Below the pieces are notes generated by a model. The model worked only from the letters and a program-made list of their open reading frames with translations. It was not told where the DNA came from and ran no database searches. From Macrostomum hystrix (lineage: Eukaryota > Animalia > Platyhelminthes): 64,000 nucleotides of DNA. A program made the translations under genes and the position numbers. The first letter of the stretch is position 1, and each line of letters begins with the position of its first letter. Positions 47,507 to 60,257 of this stretch are shown here, in pieces. The stretch lies in NCBI GenBank assembly GCA_950097015.1, contig CATNEN010000010.1, forward strand, positions 1,426,001 to 1,490,000, in the 5' to 3' direction.

Positions 47507-48127
47507 TCCGATCGGGGCAGGTGATATCAAATTTTTTAATTTTCTTTTTTTTAAACAGATAAAAAATTAGAGAGTTCTTGCTCCAAAGTGAAGCTGAGTA
47601 AATAATCATCGACACATACTTCACGACACAGTAGGAATATCGCAAAAAGGTGGCTACCCACCACAGGAATAGTGGGTGCAGAATAATACTGGGGCAGCAC
47701 GGCAACAAAAAGCACGCAGTTAGCAGAAAACAATCCGACACACGAAACCTTTTGTGCTCTCAGCATCCCCAGCAATGCCACTCGGCTCGAGTTGCTGACG
47801 GACTCACAGCATCGCGCAGCACATGCAGTGATCAGCCTTACCGAATAGACAGTGATGTCGATTTTCTTGGCTCAGTCTTGGCTCGGTGCCAAATTGCGCC
47901 GAGTGGGCAGGAGAGCTGGAGGGGAGCGCCGGAGGCGACAGCGGAGCACGCAAGAACGAAGAGGTTGGAGAAGGGATTAAAAGAGATTCTCGTCCACCCA
48001 TGCAGAGTAGGAAAGCTGGGCGGGGGGAGCCTTTCTTTATTTTCTTTTTTTGCCACTGAGAGCTCGGTTAAGACCAAGTCGCTACAGAAGGCTCAACTGA
48101 ATCTACCTCAATGTCTACCACTTCTGG

Positions 48128-48230
48128 GAGCTTGCAGTTCAATGGTTAAAGTTTCGGACTTCTGACCAAGAGGCCAGGAGTTCGAGTCTCAGCCCAAGGG
48201 AAGCGCTTTGTGTCCTTTCAACCCCATCAG
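48128..48230 (+). mobile_element. tRNA-derived SINE copy (truncated body)
   Basis: A-box-like CAGTTCAATGGTTAAAG and B box GTTCGAGTC (48180-48188), followed by TGTGTCCTT. No proper acceptor stem. Confidence 0.6.
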
Positions 48231-51200
48231 CTGGAGTAGAACTTTGGGTGAGCGTCGCGGCCTCCCGAGTCCACGGACTGAACAGCTGTACAACTGGTCC
48301 AGCTGGGCAAGGCTAGATTTATATTCTATTCTTCATTGAGTCTCATTCGTAAAACTGGATCATACGAGTAAATATGTCTAATTTTTGTTACTTTATAACA
48401 CAAATGTTCTCTTTTAAACACCGCATTGAAACGAAGTTGATGATGCGAATAACTTATTGGCAAGATGCCAAACTAAACAGAGCCGCCACTGAGCTGTCAG
48501 TTAGTTATTTTTATCCTTTGAATCGATCGCCTTGCATTGAGGAATCTATTAACGAACTGAATACACAGAAACCCTGCTTGTGCAAGATCAAGAGTAGTAG
48601 ACACAGGATGTAAAGCAAATTCTAGGAACAAGGGGTTTGCCTAATTGGCAGGTAAGATCCCGCTAGACTGAGCCAAAGCTCTCAATTAGTCACAAGCAGT
48701 TCTGGCTGGCCTGTCAAAGCAAGCCAGCTGAGGATTGATTGAAATGCAGCAGCGCAGATGTTGATTTCTGGTGTCTGTCTGACGCTTCGATCCTAGAAAG
48801 AAGAGATATGCCCTGCTCAGGAGTCAGATAGAGTTTTATGCCCGGATTATCCCAAATAATGCGCGAGACGGTCCCGGCATTGCGCGAGGCGCACAGTCAC
48901 CCCGCAAACCCCCAGACCAAAGCCGCGGGGTATTGCGGCTGTTCGGGATATTGCTTCCTCTCCTCTGAAATCCCCACTCACCCTCTCATCTCCGCGCGTC
49001 CCCGGGCTTATGACTCACGAGCCGGCGGATGGGGAGCTCGCTGTCTGGTGGGAAGGAGAGCAATAGAAATAGGGAAATGGAAAGGGTAACGAGGAGCAGG
49101 GAAGGAAGGGACGAGAGGAAGGAGAGTAACCCAGTGCACAGTTTGCAAGCATAAAATATGCCGCTATCAGCTATTTGGGCTCCGAGGGAGGGCGGGGTGG
49201 CTGCCCTAGAGGGGACTCCTCCGGCACAAACACACAAGTCAGCTGATACGCATGGGGACCAGACAGTCTGGTCCGCAAGCCTCACACTGCCCGTGCCTCA
49301 TCTGGTACGGTTGAAAAATAACACAAACTGCTGGCTGGGAGGCGGAGGAGGACAGCGTCCGCATCAGCTCAACAGAGTCTGGCCGCGTGTTTTCCCTTCC
49401 TCCCTGGCTGAATTCGCTCGCTGCCCACTTGGCCGCATCAACTGCCCCGTTCCTAACCGCCTCCATCCTTATCCCTATGAGCTTGAGTGGGAATAAGAGC
49501 TGGGAGAAGTATCAAAGAACCCAAGCAGTGGATAAATGGTAAAGTAAGTTTGTTATAGGGATTGGAACTACAAAAATGTAAACTGAACTTTTAAACCGTC
49601 AAAATAGCTTAATGGCTCAGGTGCTGCGGTCAAGTAACATGAATCCCACCCCAGCTACCTGCAAGGCCAATGGTGAATCATGCCATCAGGTGAAGATTGG
49701 GGAAATTTGCTTCGGCAAAAGTCATACGGTGAAATAGATTCAAGTTAGCAGCCGTTGACCCACTGTTTCCCATTCAAGCAATGAGATCTACAGTAAAAAT
49801 CAACCACTTGAGCTTCACTCAGTAATACCAGGCCTGTTACGTAATCCAAAAAACTTGCAAAGTAAAGCGTGGCTAATGTTGAACACAGGTGGGTGGGCAA
49901 ACATATGGAGTGCACTTTAATTGCTTCCACCAGACGCAGCCCCGACAATAAACCCAGCAGTCAGCAGCTGCGGGACCAACGTAAATTAAAACTCCGGCGG
50001 CGCAGCCAGAAAATAAAAGTTCGTCTGTCCCTCCAGATCCTCATCTAAGATGCTGAAACTGGGATCGCATCTTAGCTGCCACAGTCCAGTTAGGAAAAGT
50101 CTCGAGGGTGAAATCTTTTTAGTCTAACAAATAGAGAATAATGTTCCCAGACAATACTAGGGGATGGCAGGTCGTCCGCCAACCGGAGCCCAGCCCTGAC
50201 CACAAAATGTGGCCGCCAGATCATTGAAGCCAGAAAAGCGATGGAGGGCAAAGTAGCAAGAGAAGAATATAGGGCAGGGAGTGAATGAGCCATAGTGGCG
50301 AGACACCAGGAGCGGAGCAGGGCGCATGTCTGTGAGCCGGGACTGAGTGAGCAAATGATGTCTGTTGGGTTTGGGAGGCCGCAGCAATGGAGCTCACAGA
50401 TAGATTGGGGCCTGAAAGGGAGTGAGAGAATGGGTAAGCAGGAATTACCGCTCCGGCAGCTGTCAGTTCAGCTGGCGTAGACGAATCCCCAGGAGGCAAA
50501 TGAAAAGTGCAAGGTCGAGTCTGTATGCGGAGAGGCTTCCCCAAGTTTTATAGCTGCGAGTTTGCGAGGCTCGGTAATGAAACTGGAAAACTTGCTTGAG
50601 GTACTCATCAAGCATGGACAATCAAAACTGTGTCTCAACCATCACCCAGATTGGATGCGATTCAAGCCTTACGCAACACTTGAAGTGAATAGTTGAGCAA
50701 TGCCCCCGGCCATCGTAATTCGGCTATAATAAATTTGAGCCAGGATTAGCCGGGGCTTAGGCCAACCTTAGCACGCCACTTACTGACCTAGCTGAGCCAT
50801 CCATCACACTTGAGCCTTTTATATATTATAGCACCAAAAGTGAATAGAACAGAGCACGAAGTGTTGCTGCGGGAGCCTATAGATTATTATAGAACAAACA
50901 TGCTATGTGCCGCATTAATGTGCAGATTAATTCATGCATCGGGAGCCGGGAGACACGCGTTAAATATAACAGATAAGAATTTTGTTAGAGACAAAACAAG
51001 CGGCGCAGGATTTGAAGGCCAGATCGAAATGAAAGCAGCGCGGCACAACATAGGGCGCCCAGCAACACAAAATCCAGCTTTGCCAAGTGGCCCTGTGGGA
51101 GCAGAATGCCAAACTAATCAATTGGAGGCTCCGGTCCAGCCCCAAATAAGCTCCCCAGACCAGTAAGAAGCGGCGGCACTGCAGACATTGGGGCCACTGG

Positions 51201-52809
51201 GGAGAGTGATAAGAGTAAATTCACTAAAAGCATCTGTGACTGAAGCGGTCACTCAACCCAAATGTCCTCCCTCCGGTCTGCAAGGCTAAATAGACATTCT
51301 ATATTACAAGGAGTGAATCGAGAATGCCTGAGCTCGAATCCTCATGGACGCCACATTCATTTGGAGCCCATGAGGGCCAACCCCCAATGCACAGTGAGGG
51401 TCTAGTGTTGCAATCCTAGCTGTCGGTCGGTCTACTGTTGCGAACTGATCCATCAGTGCCCACAGCCCCAGCAAAATATACTTATTTTGCTTACTATACA
51501 TTTTAATTCTAAAGTAAAAGGCAAACAATGACTAGAAAACTGGATTATACTGGAAGCGTAAATCTACATTGCGATCATTCTATTGGAATTTTCTTACGCG
51601 TTTTGCTACAGTGTTACGTAATAATTAACATAAGGCACACTGAAAGCCCAGCAAATAACAATGAAAGCCACGTGCCGCTCTTTTAGACTTGACGATTCAA
51701 TGAAAATATTCAACCGTGTTGGGAACTAGGACACAATCCGGAGACTTTGTTGAGCTGGGCTCAACAAACTGAATATAGATTGCTGCTACAAAATGCTTCC
51801 CTGCATTGCCAACTTATTAAGAATAGACCAACTGCAACGAAAAGCCATTGGTAGGACAAGGAAGCAAAGCGTTGATTCCGAAGAAGCCATCAAAGATCAG
51901 AACATTTCCACTCCGAGTCACGGACAGCCGGTCGCAGCAGAAAGTGCCAGTTGGCGCAAAGATATCATCAGGCACAGAAAGGCATTCATGCCATGCAGAT
52001 GATATGCATTCGATATTCTATATTCTCATCGACCTAGTCTATTTATTAAGCATCAATCAATAACTTCCCGAACCCCGCATACCATATCCATATGGCAGCG
52101 GCAGCGCCCACAGTACAAGCTCGCCTTATTTTAACATGGCCATTTTATCAAATAAAAGCGAAATAGTACTGCAGCTCAGAATTCAAAGATCTGCTGGACA
52201 ATCGGAGGTGAACCAGCATTCTCAGGTCAAGGACGGGCAAGTTTCCCTCAAATCCCTGTTAAAGCCGGTCATAATTCTAGCTGGAGCGCGATTTCCTCTC
52301 GGCCAGATGGTGAATAAATAGGAAAAGTGAGGAAAGGAGCGAATGCAAAGCCCAGCATCTGCAGCCATGCGCTGCTGCTGGCCGCGCGCACAGCAGTAGC
52401 GGAAATGTTTTTTAAAGTGCAACCACTATAAGGATGGAGGGAATATTATAGAATGGAATGGAGGGCCGTTCTGCTGTAGCAATCATCTAGATCTGAGAAT
52501 GGTGGCTAATTAAACAAGAGAGTGAACTTCTTAACTTAACATGAAACCCACATGGCTTGGTGAAGATAATCGGAACTAGCAGCTGAATTTATGAGTTCCA
52601 AGAGATAGCTTAACCATTAAAAAACTTTTATTTATGAAGCATATAGATTTTCAATTTGTGAGAATTGTCAAACAAAAATTAAGCTTGCTGAATAATTTCA
52701 CATGTTTGCTTTTTTGATAACTAATTGGGTCTGCATATGGGATTTGCATTTCATGTAGAAAATACTAACTCATAAAAAAACTATTAATAATAATTATTGA
52801 TTATATATG

Positions 52810-53018
52810 CCCTAACCAGGTTAGGTGTGCAGCCCAGTGGGGTGCAACACCACCCTCAATTTCTCCAGCAGATGCTGATACCCATGTAACAGCTGGGTGA
52901 ACAGAAGCTATTCATAGTTTAGATTCTTGCTAAAAGACACATTTTCCAGTGAACTTCATAATTAAACACCCAACATTCGAGTCATAAGTCCAGTGCTCTA
53001 ACCACTATTCTACAAACC
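52810..53018 (-). mobile_element. tRNA-derived SINE copy
   Basis: Minus strand: TAGTGGTTAGAGCACTGGAC head, a degenerate B box, then TGTGTCTTTTAGCAAG...GCTTCTGTTCACCCAGCTGTTACATGGGTATC body. Confidence 0.6.
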
Positions 53019-56000
53019 TGCCAGTGAAGACAATGGATAATTTAGAACCAATAATATAATATAAATTATGTTACAAGAAACAAATGCTAAAACACATGTA
53101 AGCAATTATGTAAACCATAATGTATTTTTAGGCAAACTGGCTAATTAAAGAAACCTGATAGGAAAAAAACAATTTTGCAGTCACATGTCCAGTGCATTTT
53201 TGAAAATTCTGGTTGGTACAGTATGCAATTGGGTGGCATAGTGCAGCACCCAATTTCGTTTTTTGTACAGGGATGAAAGGACTAAAGCTGTTGTTAGCTT
53301 GGCACGGCATGCTTTTAAGCCATTTTTTAGTTCCCAGTGGGTGTCCATAAACTTTTTGCAAAAATTCCAATAGGGTAAGCAAAGAAACATGCCTAGGAAT
53401 TTCTATAAGTCATATAACTACAAATATAATATACACCAAAAATTATTTAATTGTCACAAAAAGTACTTATAAGTGCATATATATGAGTATTTAGATAAAA
53501 ATACTTTTACTGATTTCATAGTTACCTGATAATATTTTTATAATAGCTTGTGTTGTATTACATTTTTTTAATTCTTCAAGTCTTTTTATTGTTGCATGAG
53601 TCAATTGTGGATATTACAACCACCATTTATTTGTTTAACGCTATATAAACATTTATATTGAAATATATATTTTTTATTGACAGTTTCCTAGATTCTTATA
53701 ATTTAGCAAGCTGACAAATTTTCATAGTAGAGCTTTACTTGCCAAAACTGACTTGTTTGTTTGAATACTTTTTGTCTTCTGTTGTACTCTTTATTAACTG
53801 CCTTTGGAGTCAGCTTGGACTTAGCAGACTGCTCTAAAAATTTGAGAACAAAAATCTTGAATTCTATGGCTTCATTGATTTCAGGCATTTTCTTATAATT
53901 GTATCTTTTATAATCAAAATATATTTTGTTTAATCGAAATGGCTCAATTAAAACAGGAAAAAATGACTGAATTAATATCTCAACTTGAAACTAAAAGAAC
54001 TCATAAGTTATCATATTAAAACTATGCAAAGGTAGCTAATATAAATGACTAGTCTTATATATTATTAGAATAAATGCTTAAAACCTGTGGGCATGCAAGC
54101 TTCAGAATTAAGAAAGATTGAGAAAGTTTGAAAAGACTCTAAAGCACATGCACAGGCACTATGCTTTAGAAAAATCCAAAAAGCATGCCCAGCCAGCCAC
54201 TTTCTACAGATTGACAATAATAGGGGTCTTCTAATACAATATGCAGCCAAAAGTTGTGATGTGATAAACCTAAAATCAATAAGCATCATGGAACATAGAA
54301 GAGGTTTGTAAAATAATTGCCTGAATATAGTGAATTTGAATGTTATGAATATTGGCAAAATGAATGTATATGCCAATAGTTAATACTTCTTCATCAAACC
54401 AACTAGGCTTTCTTGGACATAGATAATTACAAGCGTCAGTGCCTTTTAACAAAATGAAAAACATTCAAGTAATTATCATCATGCAATTTATCATAATTTC
54501 TCATAGATTATCTATGCAATGTAGAAGCCTTGTATTAATTTGAAATAAAATAGTGCAAATATTTGTTGTCAATTGTAACAATAAAATGTGTTATTAGAAG
54601 GGAAGGGACCTTCCATGGCGGGTCCAGAGGAGTATGGGGCTATACTCATGAAATTTTGATCATCCCAATTGGCGCCCACTCACAGTGCCCCAGCACAGTG
54701 TCGCCTGATTAGTTGTTTTTGGTTATGGCGCACCCTAACTGGCCACATGTAGACAAAGAAAAAGATGGATCTGAAACTGCCAGCCTAAGTGCTTGTACTC
54801 TATTGCATAACCTAAAAGTTATTTACGATCAAAAAATGATATATTATCTAATAATTACCGACAAAACATTTCTATGCAAAATAAAATAAAATATCTAGAC
54901 AGAGTTATCACAAACGTTTTTGTCTAGTCTGCTCAGCTTATCAACAAAACAACTTTATTATTTAAAGTTGATGGCTAGCACACTCTGTCATGACCAAAAA
55001 AACATAAGAAACAGATTTCCATATTTTACTTATTTTCAGCAACTTCCGCTGCGCTTAGATTTGCATCATGACTTGTTCAAAGTAGCTTAGTCGTCAAAAT
55101 CTTCATTCATAGTTTATTTTGTTTTGTAGAATCGTAGAAAAGCGATTTTTAAATGACACCGCTTCTTCTTTATGAAGTATACCAAAAAGTGTAAATAAAT
55201 TTAACCTGGAGTAGCTTCAAACTAGCAATTCAAGTTATCAAACTAAATATATTAGAGTACTCATATTTTGGACTAAGCAAAGTCAAAACTTGTATAGCCT
55301 TTGTGCTTGATTGTGTAGGTGATTCACGCGGATTCAGTAGCCACTTACTCTTGACGAACAAGCTAGGAACACCCCGGCAAATGGGATAATGGACAAACTG
55401 ATGGATTGCAACCCTAATATTTGTCTGCATAGAAGCAAACTAAATTAATTCAACTTAAACTCAACGTTTCCGTGCAGGGCGGACGACTGAGACTCCTGTG
55501 AAGGACAGAGTGCTTGCTTCAGACTGCTTGCTTCAGTCTGTCTGGCGCCAATGAGATAAAATACTATATTTTAAATGTAGCCGAAGTTCTTTTTGCTCAT
55601 GTCTTGTTTTGATCGGAATCGTGACTTAATTTTTATACCTTTGTACTCGGTACTTCCTTCTGCATGGTCAGTAACAAGGACTATACTATAAAGTAAACTA
55701 CGTTTGTCGGGAGCGGCTGCATCCCTCCAAATCTAATAGTTCTTTAAGTTTGTTCATTCGTTCAAAGTGCAATATTCTATAACAAATTTCTCCATAGACA
55801 CCCCCTACATAACTGAACTCAAGCTTTTATTTAAGTCACAGCAAACACAAATACAAGCGCTAACCTTCGTCTGAGTTCTCATCTCGAGCCTTAATTTGGC
55901 CCTCTTTGCGTGGCTTTCAAATCATTTTGTCTCTACTCAAAAAGCAACTTTAACGGTCCTTGTTCAGTAAACCTGCGCGAGTATTCATTTTGACGTAGCA

Positions 56001-56056
56001 TCATTTATTACAAGCTGCAACGCAAAACTTAAGCAAAACTTAAAACTTAATTAAAG

Positions 56057-56770
56057 TTAAAGCAGCGGGTAAAGTACGAAGCTCTCTGTAAGCGTCGCTT
56101 TGATTCTTACGCCAATCGCCTTGGCAATGCGGCCGCGAGTGAGGCGATTGGAGGTCGCCTTCCGGATCATCGAGCTCAGCCGCCCGGTGCTAAGAACCTC
56201 TATTCGGCCCAAGTCTGCTACAATGAGCGACATTAGCTTTGCCCGCTGTCCTGTCTCCAGGCGCACCTGTACACCGAACCGGATGACGATGCCTCGCGTC
56301 ACCAGCTGAATTGTGTCCGGCTTGAAGAAGGAGAACTTGGCCGTGAAGTTAGTGGAGACCTCGACAGCGCGGATCGCGCCCTGCACAATGAGAATGTTGC
56401 CCGAGCGCATCAGCGCATAGAGGTTGCCCTGCCGCTCCAGTCTTTCGACACCGCTGATCTGCATGTTAGAGATTCGAAGGCCCATTGTGCTGAATGATTC
56501 GTTGGGAATCGGCTCGCTGAGGATGGCGTCGCGGAGGAAGCTACTCTTAAGCAGGTAATCCAAAGTGGGATTCACCACGTCGGTGCACCATTTCGAGTTG
56601 CTAACGTTTACAAGCGACGTAAAGTCCGTAGCTGGAGAGTGACGGGCATGAAATTCAGGCATGAAATAGTAAAAATTGGTTGCTACAATACTACGGAGAC
56701 ATTTCTTACCTGCGTCATCGGCGTTGCATCCTGAAAACAGTAGAAGTAGAAGGGTTGCGGCGTGAAGCAT
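56057..56770 (-). CDS. Secreted protein, probably group-7 allergen/TULIP-like lipid-binding fold. Exons 56770..56710 and 56631..56057 (211 aa)
   Basis: Signal peptide MLHAATLLLLLFSGCNA. A 78-nt AT-rich intron, CAG|GTAAGA...CTCCAG|CT. LRISNMQISGVERLERQGN resembles the recalled Der p 7 segment LDMRNIQVRGLKQMKRVGD. The family call is an inference. Confidence 0.6.
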   Translation of the reverse strand: MLHAATLLLLLFSGCNADDAGKKCLRSIVATNFYYFMPEFHARHSPATDFTSLVNVSNSKWCTDVVNPTLDYLLKSSFLRDAILSEPIPNESFSTMGLRISNMQISGVERLERQGNLYALMRSGNILIVQGAIRAVEVSTNFTAKFSFFKPDTIQLVTRGIVIRFGVQVRLETGQRAKLMSLIVADLGRIEVLSTGRLSSMIRKATSNRLTRGRIAKAIGVRIKATLTESFVLYPLL

Positions 56771-58150
56771 GATGAATTTGCCGGCTTTTGGCAAAGCTTG
56801 AGTTTCAGATTTCCTCGTAGCGAGTTGCAGTGTTCAATTGCTTCTTCTACTAGTGGTTTACACTACTGCGCGCCTTTCCTTTCCTGTCTAGATGAGGTGT
56901 CCAGAGTTCTAGTTAAAGTAAGTGAAGCCGAAACGCTTATTAAGTTGACTTTGGTCAAATGCCTAATATAGAAATCCAAAGCGGAAGTAGCATTTGAATT
57001 TATGCGACTTTTCTATACTCACCCCCACACACATGCACACGCACACGCACACACCACCCTTCAATGATGGGCCAGAACTAGACTGCGCTGTTGGCAGCCC
57101 TCATTAGTAATTGGTCAGAGCTATATCAAAGTCTGGACAATTATCTACACTTTATGCCGACCTTCAAACTTCAGCAAAGCAAAGATTACCATTTTTCCCA
57201 TGCGTGCTTAGAATATAAAATGTAGAAAGAAAACCAGAGCACGGAATCGACAACGCGAACAAAAAACTGAAATTCTCTGCTTTGGATAGAGAGTAAAGAT
57301 ATTAGTGATGCTTCAAATATACCATTCGAGCAACATCATGCAACACATTCTTAATAAGAACAAAATTTCATTTGTTTGTCTGTTTCCTGTAATGTTAAGG
57401 CCTTCGACGCGAATCGTAATGTGTAAAAAAAAAACTTTCGAAATCGAATGCAGTCATTTAATTTTCTTTGCTCCTACGAAAAAAGAGAGGTAGATTTATA
57501 GGCTTAGACAGTTTTTTGCGGAGTCCTTCTCTAAAATTTTTTGTATTATTATCCTACGTCATTCATGTTCATATGAAGTATTTACTGTAGCCTAGTAAAA
57601 TAACTATAAGCTTAACATATTTTCATAGTGCGAAAAAATGTAACTCTGCTGCAATATTTATGATTAAATTTTATTATTTTTTTGTATTTTATTTAATGCA
57701 GCTTATTTAAAGTGAGCTCATTAAAACTAAATTTACAGACTACAAGTATAAGGTTCTAAAGTTGTCATGTCTACGATTTCTACTACATTTACGTCTCGCA
57801 CATCCGCGTACCGTCTGGCACTTCATGAAATAAGGGGGTAGAGACGAGCGTATTGTGCTAAATTAATGCATAACGCAATTGGGCATGAGTCATCGTTCCA
57901 ATAAAGTACTCAATAGAGTTCTTGCATTCAACTATTGCATAGAAAACACAGACGGGTGTGAAACAACGGCTGCTTCTATTTTAAATCTGGTTTGAATGCA
58001 CTGTTATGTTTTTCAAGAGGCACAGATATAGAACATAAGTTTGGATGGGGGCACAGGTTTTGTACAAAGGTTGATGGACTTTATTTGCAAACAGCGATAC
58101 CAGCTCACTTCAACAATCAACGGCTTATTTTCATGTGATCGCGAGACAAA

Positions 58151-59943
58151 ATGTCTGCTGTAGAGTACGTTGACTCCGGAGATCTTAACGGACTGAGAAA
58201 AAAAATAGGTTGGGTCGTTGCGAGACACTTCGACAAGAGACGCAAAATGAGCTTACTCAGCATCGCCGTATTGAACGGTTCTTCTAAATTGAGTGGTTCT
58301 TCTAAAAAACGGAGCAGACCCTAATGCCAGAGATCCAACTCTGGGTTTCTGCAAGCAAAACTGCAAAGTGGAGTACAAACTGGAAATTTCCTCGTGTGAC
58401 TCCAAAAAGGGTGGAATGCTTTAATGCACTGCTGCGATAAGGAGTGCTTAGGACGGGCCGAGGACAGGTAGTTGAATTGCTGCAGACATTGCTGCGGAGG
58501 ATAATAATGAAAACACTCCCCTGATTTTGGCATCTAAAATGGGACTGACTCGGGTAATCGAGAGTTTGCTAGTGCATCCGAAGTGCTCAGGAACATCAAC
58601 CATAGAAATGATGATGACACAGCATTCTCACGGCGCCCTAAATCAGTTGAAGCAGCTTTACAAGTATGGCGCAAACATTCATCACGAAAATCGTTCTTGG
58701 CTGTCCAGCTTAAAAGAAGGTCTATTGCTGATTATTCGACCTTGATTCTCAAGAGGACAAGTTAGGAATTCCGAGGGATCCTAAACCAGGAACCTGACAG
58801 AATTAGTGGATTAGAAGATTTAAGTAAAACAGAATCTTCGAGTATATCTTTTTCAAGAAATTGAAATTGATAAAGAAATTGATCACACTGGACAGTTTCA
58901 GATCACGAGACGTCCCGAGCAATGGCGCAACCATTACCGATACAGAAAGCTTCGTTAGATTACACACTGGTAAGTACAGGGATACAACATTTTTTGCAGC
59001 AGCTTTTAAAAAAGTAAAATATTAGATTTCAGATGCGGAAATATTGAATGAACTTTTCCAGTCGATCAAGTCCAGTTCTCGGCATGAGCATTTAAGGCAG
59101 ATCAGACAAGATCTTCGAACTCTTCGTAGTCGAAAAGCTTTAAACGAACAACAGCTGGCGAACCTGTTCAAAGCAGCCATCGAAGTCGGCTTTGCCGGTG
59201 CTATTAAGTGCCTTGTGGAGGCAGGAGCCAAAGTTAACGGAATTGATAAGGATGGCGGGACACCGCTTCATCACGCAGTTTTGTCAGCAGCCGCCCAGTT
59301 TCTTCTCTTCAATCGCAGTTTGCCGGACATTAGCATCCAGGAGAAGCTTCACGGCTTCACTCCGCTGATGATGTGCATTGATGAAGTAAGCAGGATTTAT
59401 CAGCAAGATCAGAAAGTTCAGAAGCTCAGAAAAACTAAAGATCTCGAGAGGCGCCTCTTTGAGATCGCCAAGCTCCATCTCAAGCATAATCCAAACCAAA
59501 GCTGCAAATGCAACAGTTTCGACGAGGCGGCTATTCACCTGGCTGTGCGCCTCAACAACAAGTTTATAGTACAACAGCTTCTACGTCATAATGCGGAAGC
59601 CGTCCTGTCATTACGAAACTGTCACATGCACACACCATTAATGCTGGCAGCATTTCTCAACAAAACGATTGCCCTGAAGGCCATCCTAGACATAGTACTT
59701 ATTGAGGTGAAGAGGTGCCCTAGAATGAACGGGACGCGGCGCTTGGAGACTTCTTGGAGGTCACGGATTCGTATGGCAATACGGCCTTCTCTTTGGCCGC
59801 CAGGAAAGGAGGTCTAGATGCTGTCAAAATGCTAGCTGAAGAGGGTGTCAATCTGCGCCAAAGCAACGCAAATAACGAAGACGCTTTAAAGATAGCCAGG
59901 GAACACAACGAGCCTCGTGTGGTCGATTTCATCTTCAGAAACG
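58151..59943 (+). pseudogene. Ankyrin-repeat region, disrupted (5' part of the ANK-caspase locus)
   Basis: ANK motifs SLLSIAV, KNGADPNARD, KGWNALMHC, NTPLILAS, GGTPLHHAV, GFTPLM, EAAIHLAV, HTPLMLAA, GNTAFSLAA. Frameshifts near 58285, 58405 and 59730, and stops near 58470-58510. Intron 58970-59032; donor at 59944. Confidence 0.8.
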
Positions 59944-60257
59944 GTGAGTTATAAATGTTCAATATCAGTATATCAGTTTATCAGTGCGCATCAACTCTTT
60001 CAGACAATCAGGAAATCGAATGATCTCTCCATTGGCTGAAGCTTGGAAAAGTTGAGATAAAGCCATGTGAAATAGTTTTTTATTGATCCAGCAACCGAAG
60101 CTAAAGCAGACACATGTATTACGAGCTATAATGCAGCTATAGTTTACTCAGAGCTAGGTTCTAAATAAATCTGCATCGCCAATTGTTTAATCATTCGACG
60201 ATGCTTTGAAAAGCATTGACTTGAAATTAGCAGAAAAATATCCTGACTACCCTGCAG

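Noticed and set aside
47650-48165. 171-aa ORF
   Set aside because: GTG start, no recognisable motif, lies between SINE copies, and lacks the codon bias of the real genes.
48128-48205. Functional tRNA gene
   Set aside because: Acceptor and anticodon stems do not pair, and a SINE-type body follows. The same applies to the copy at 47362.
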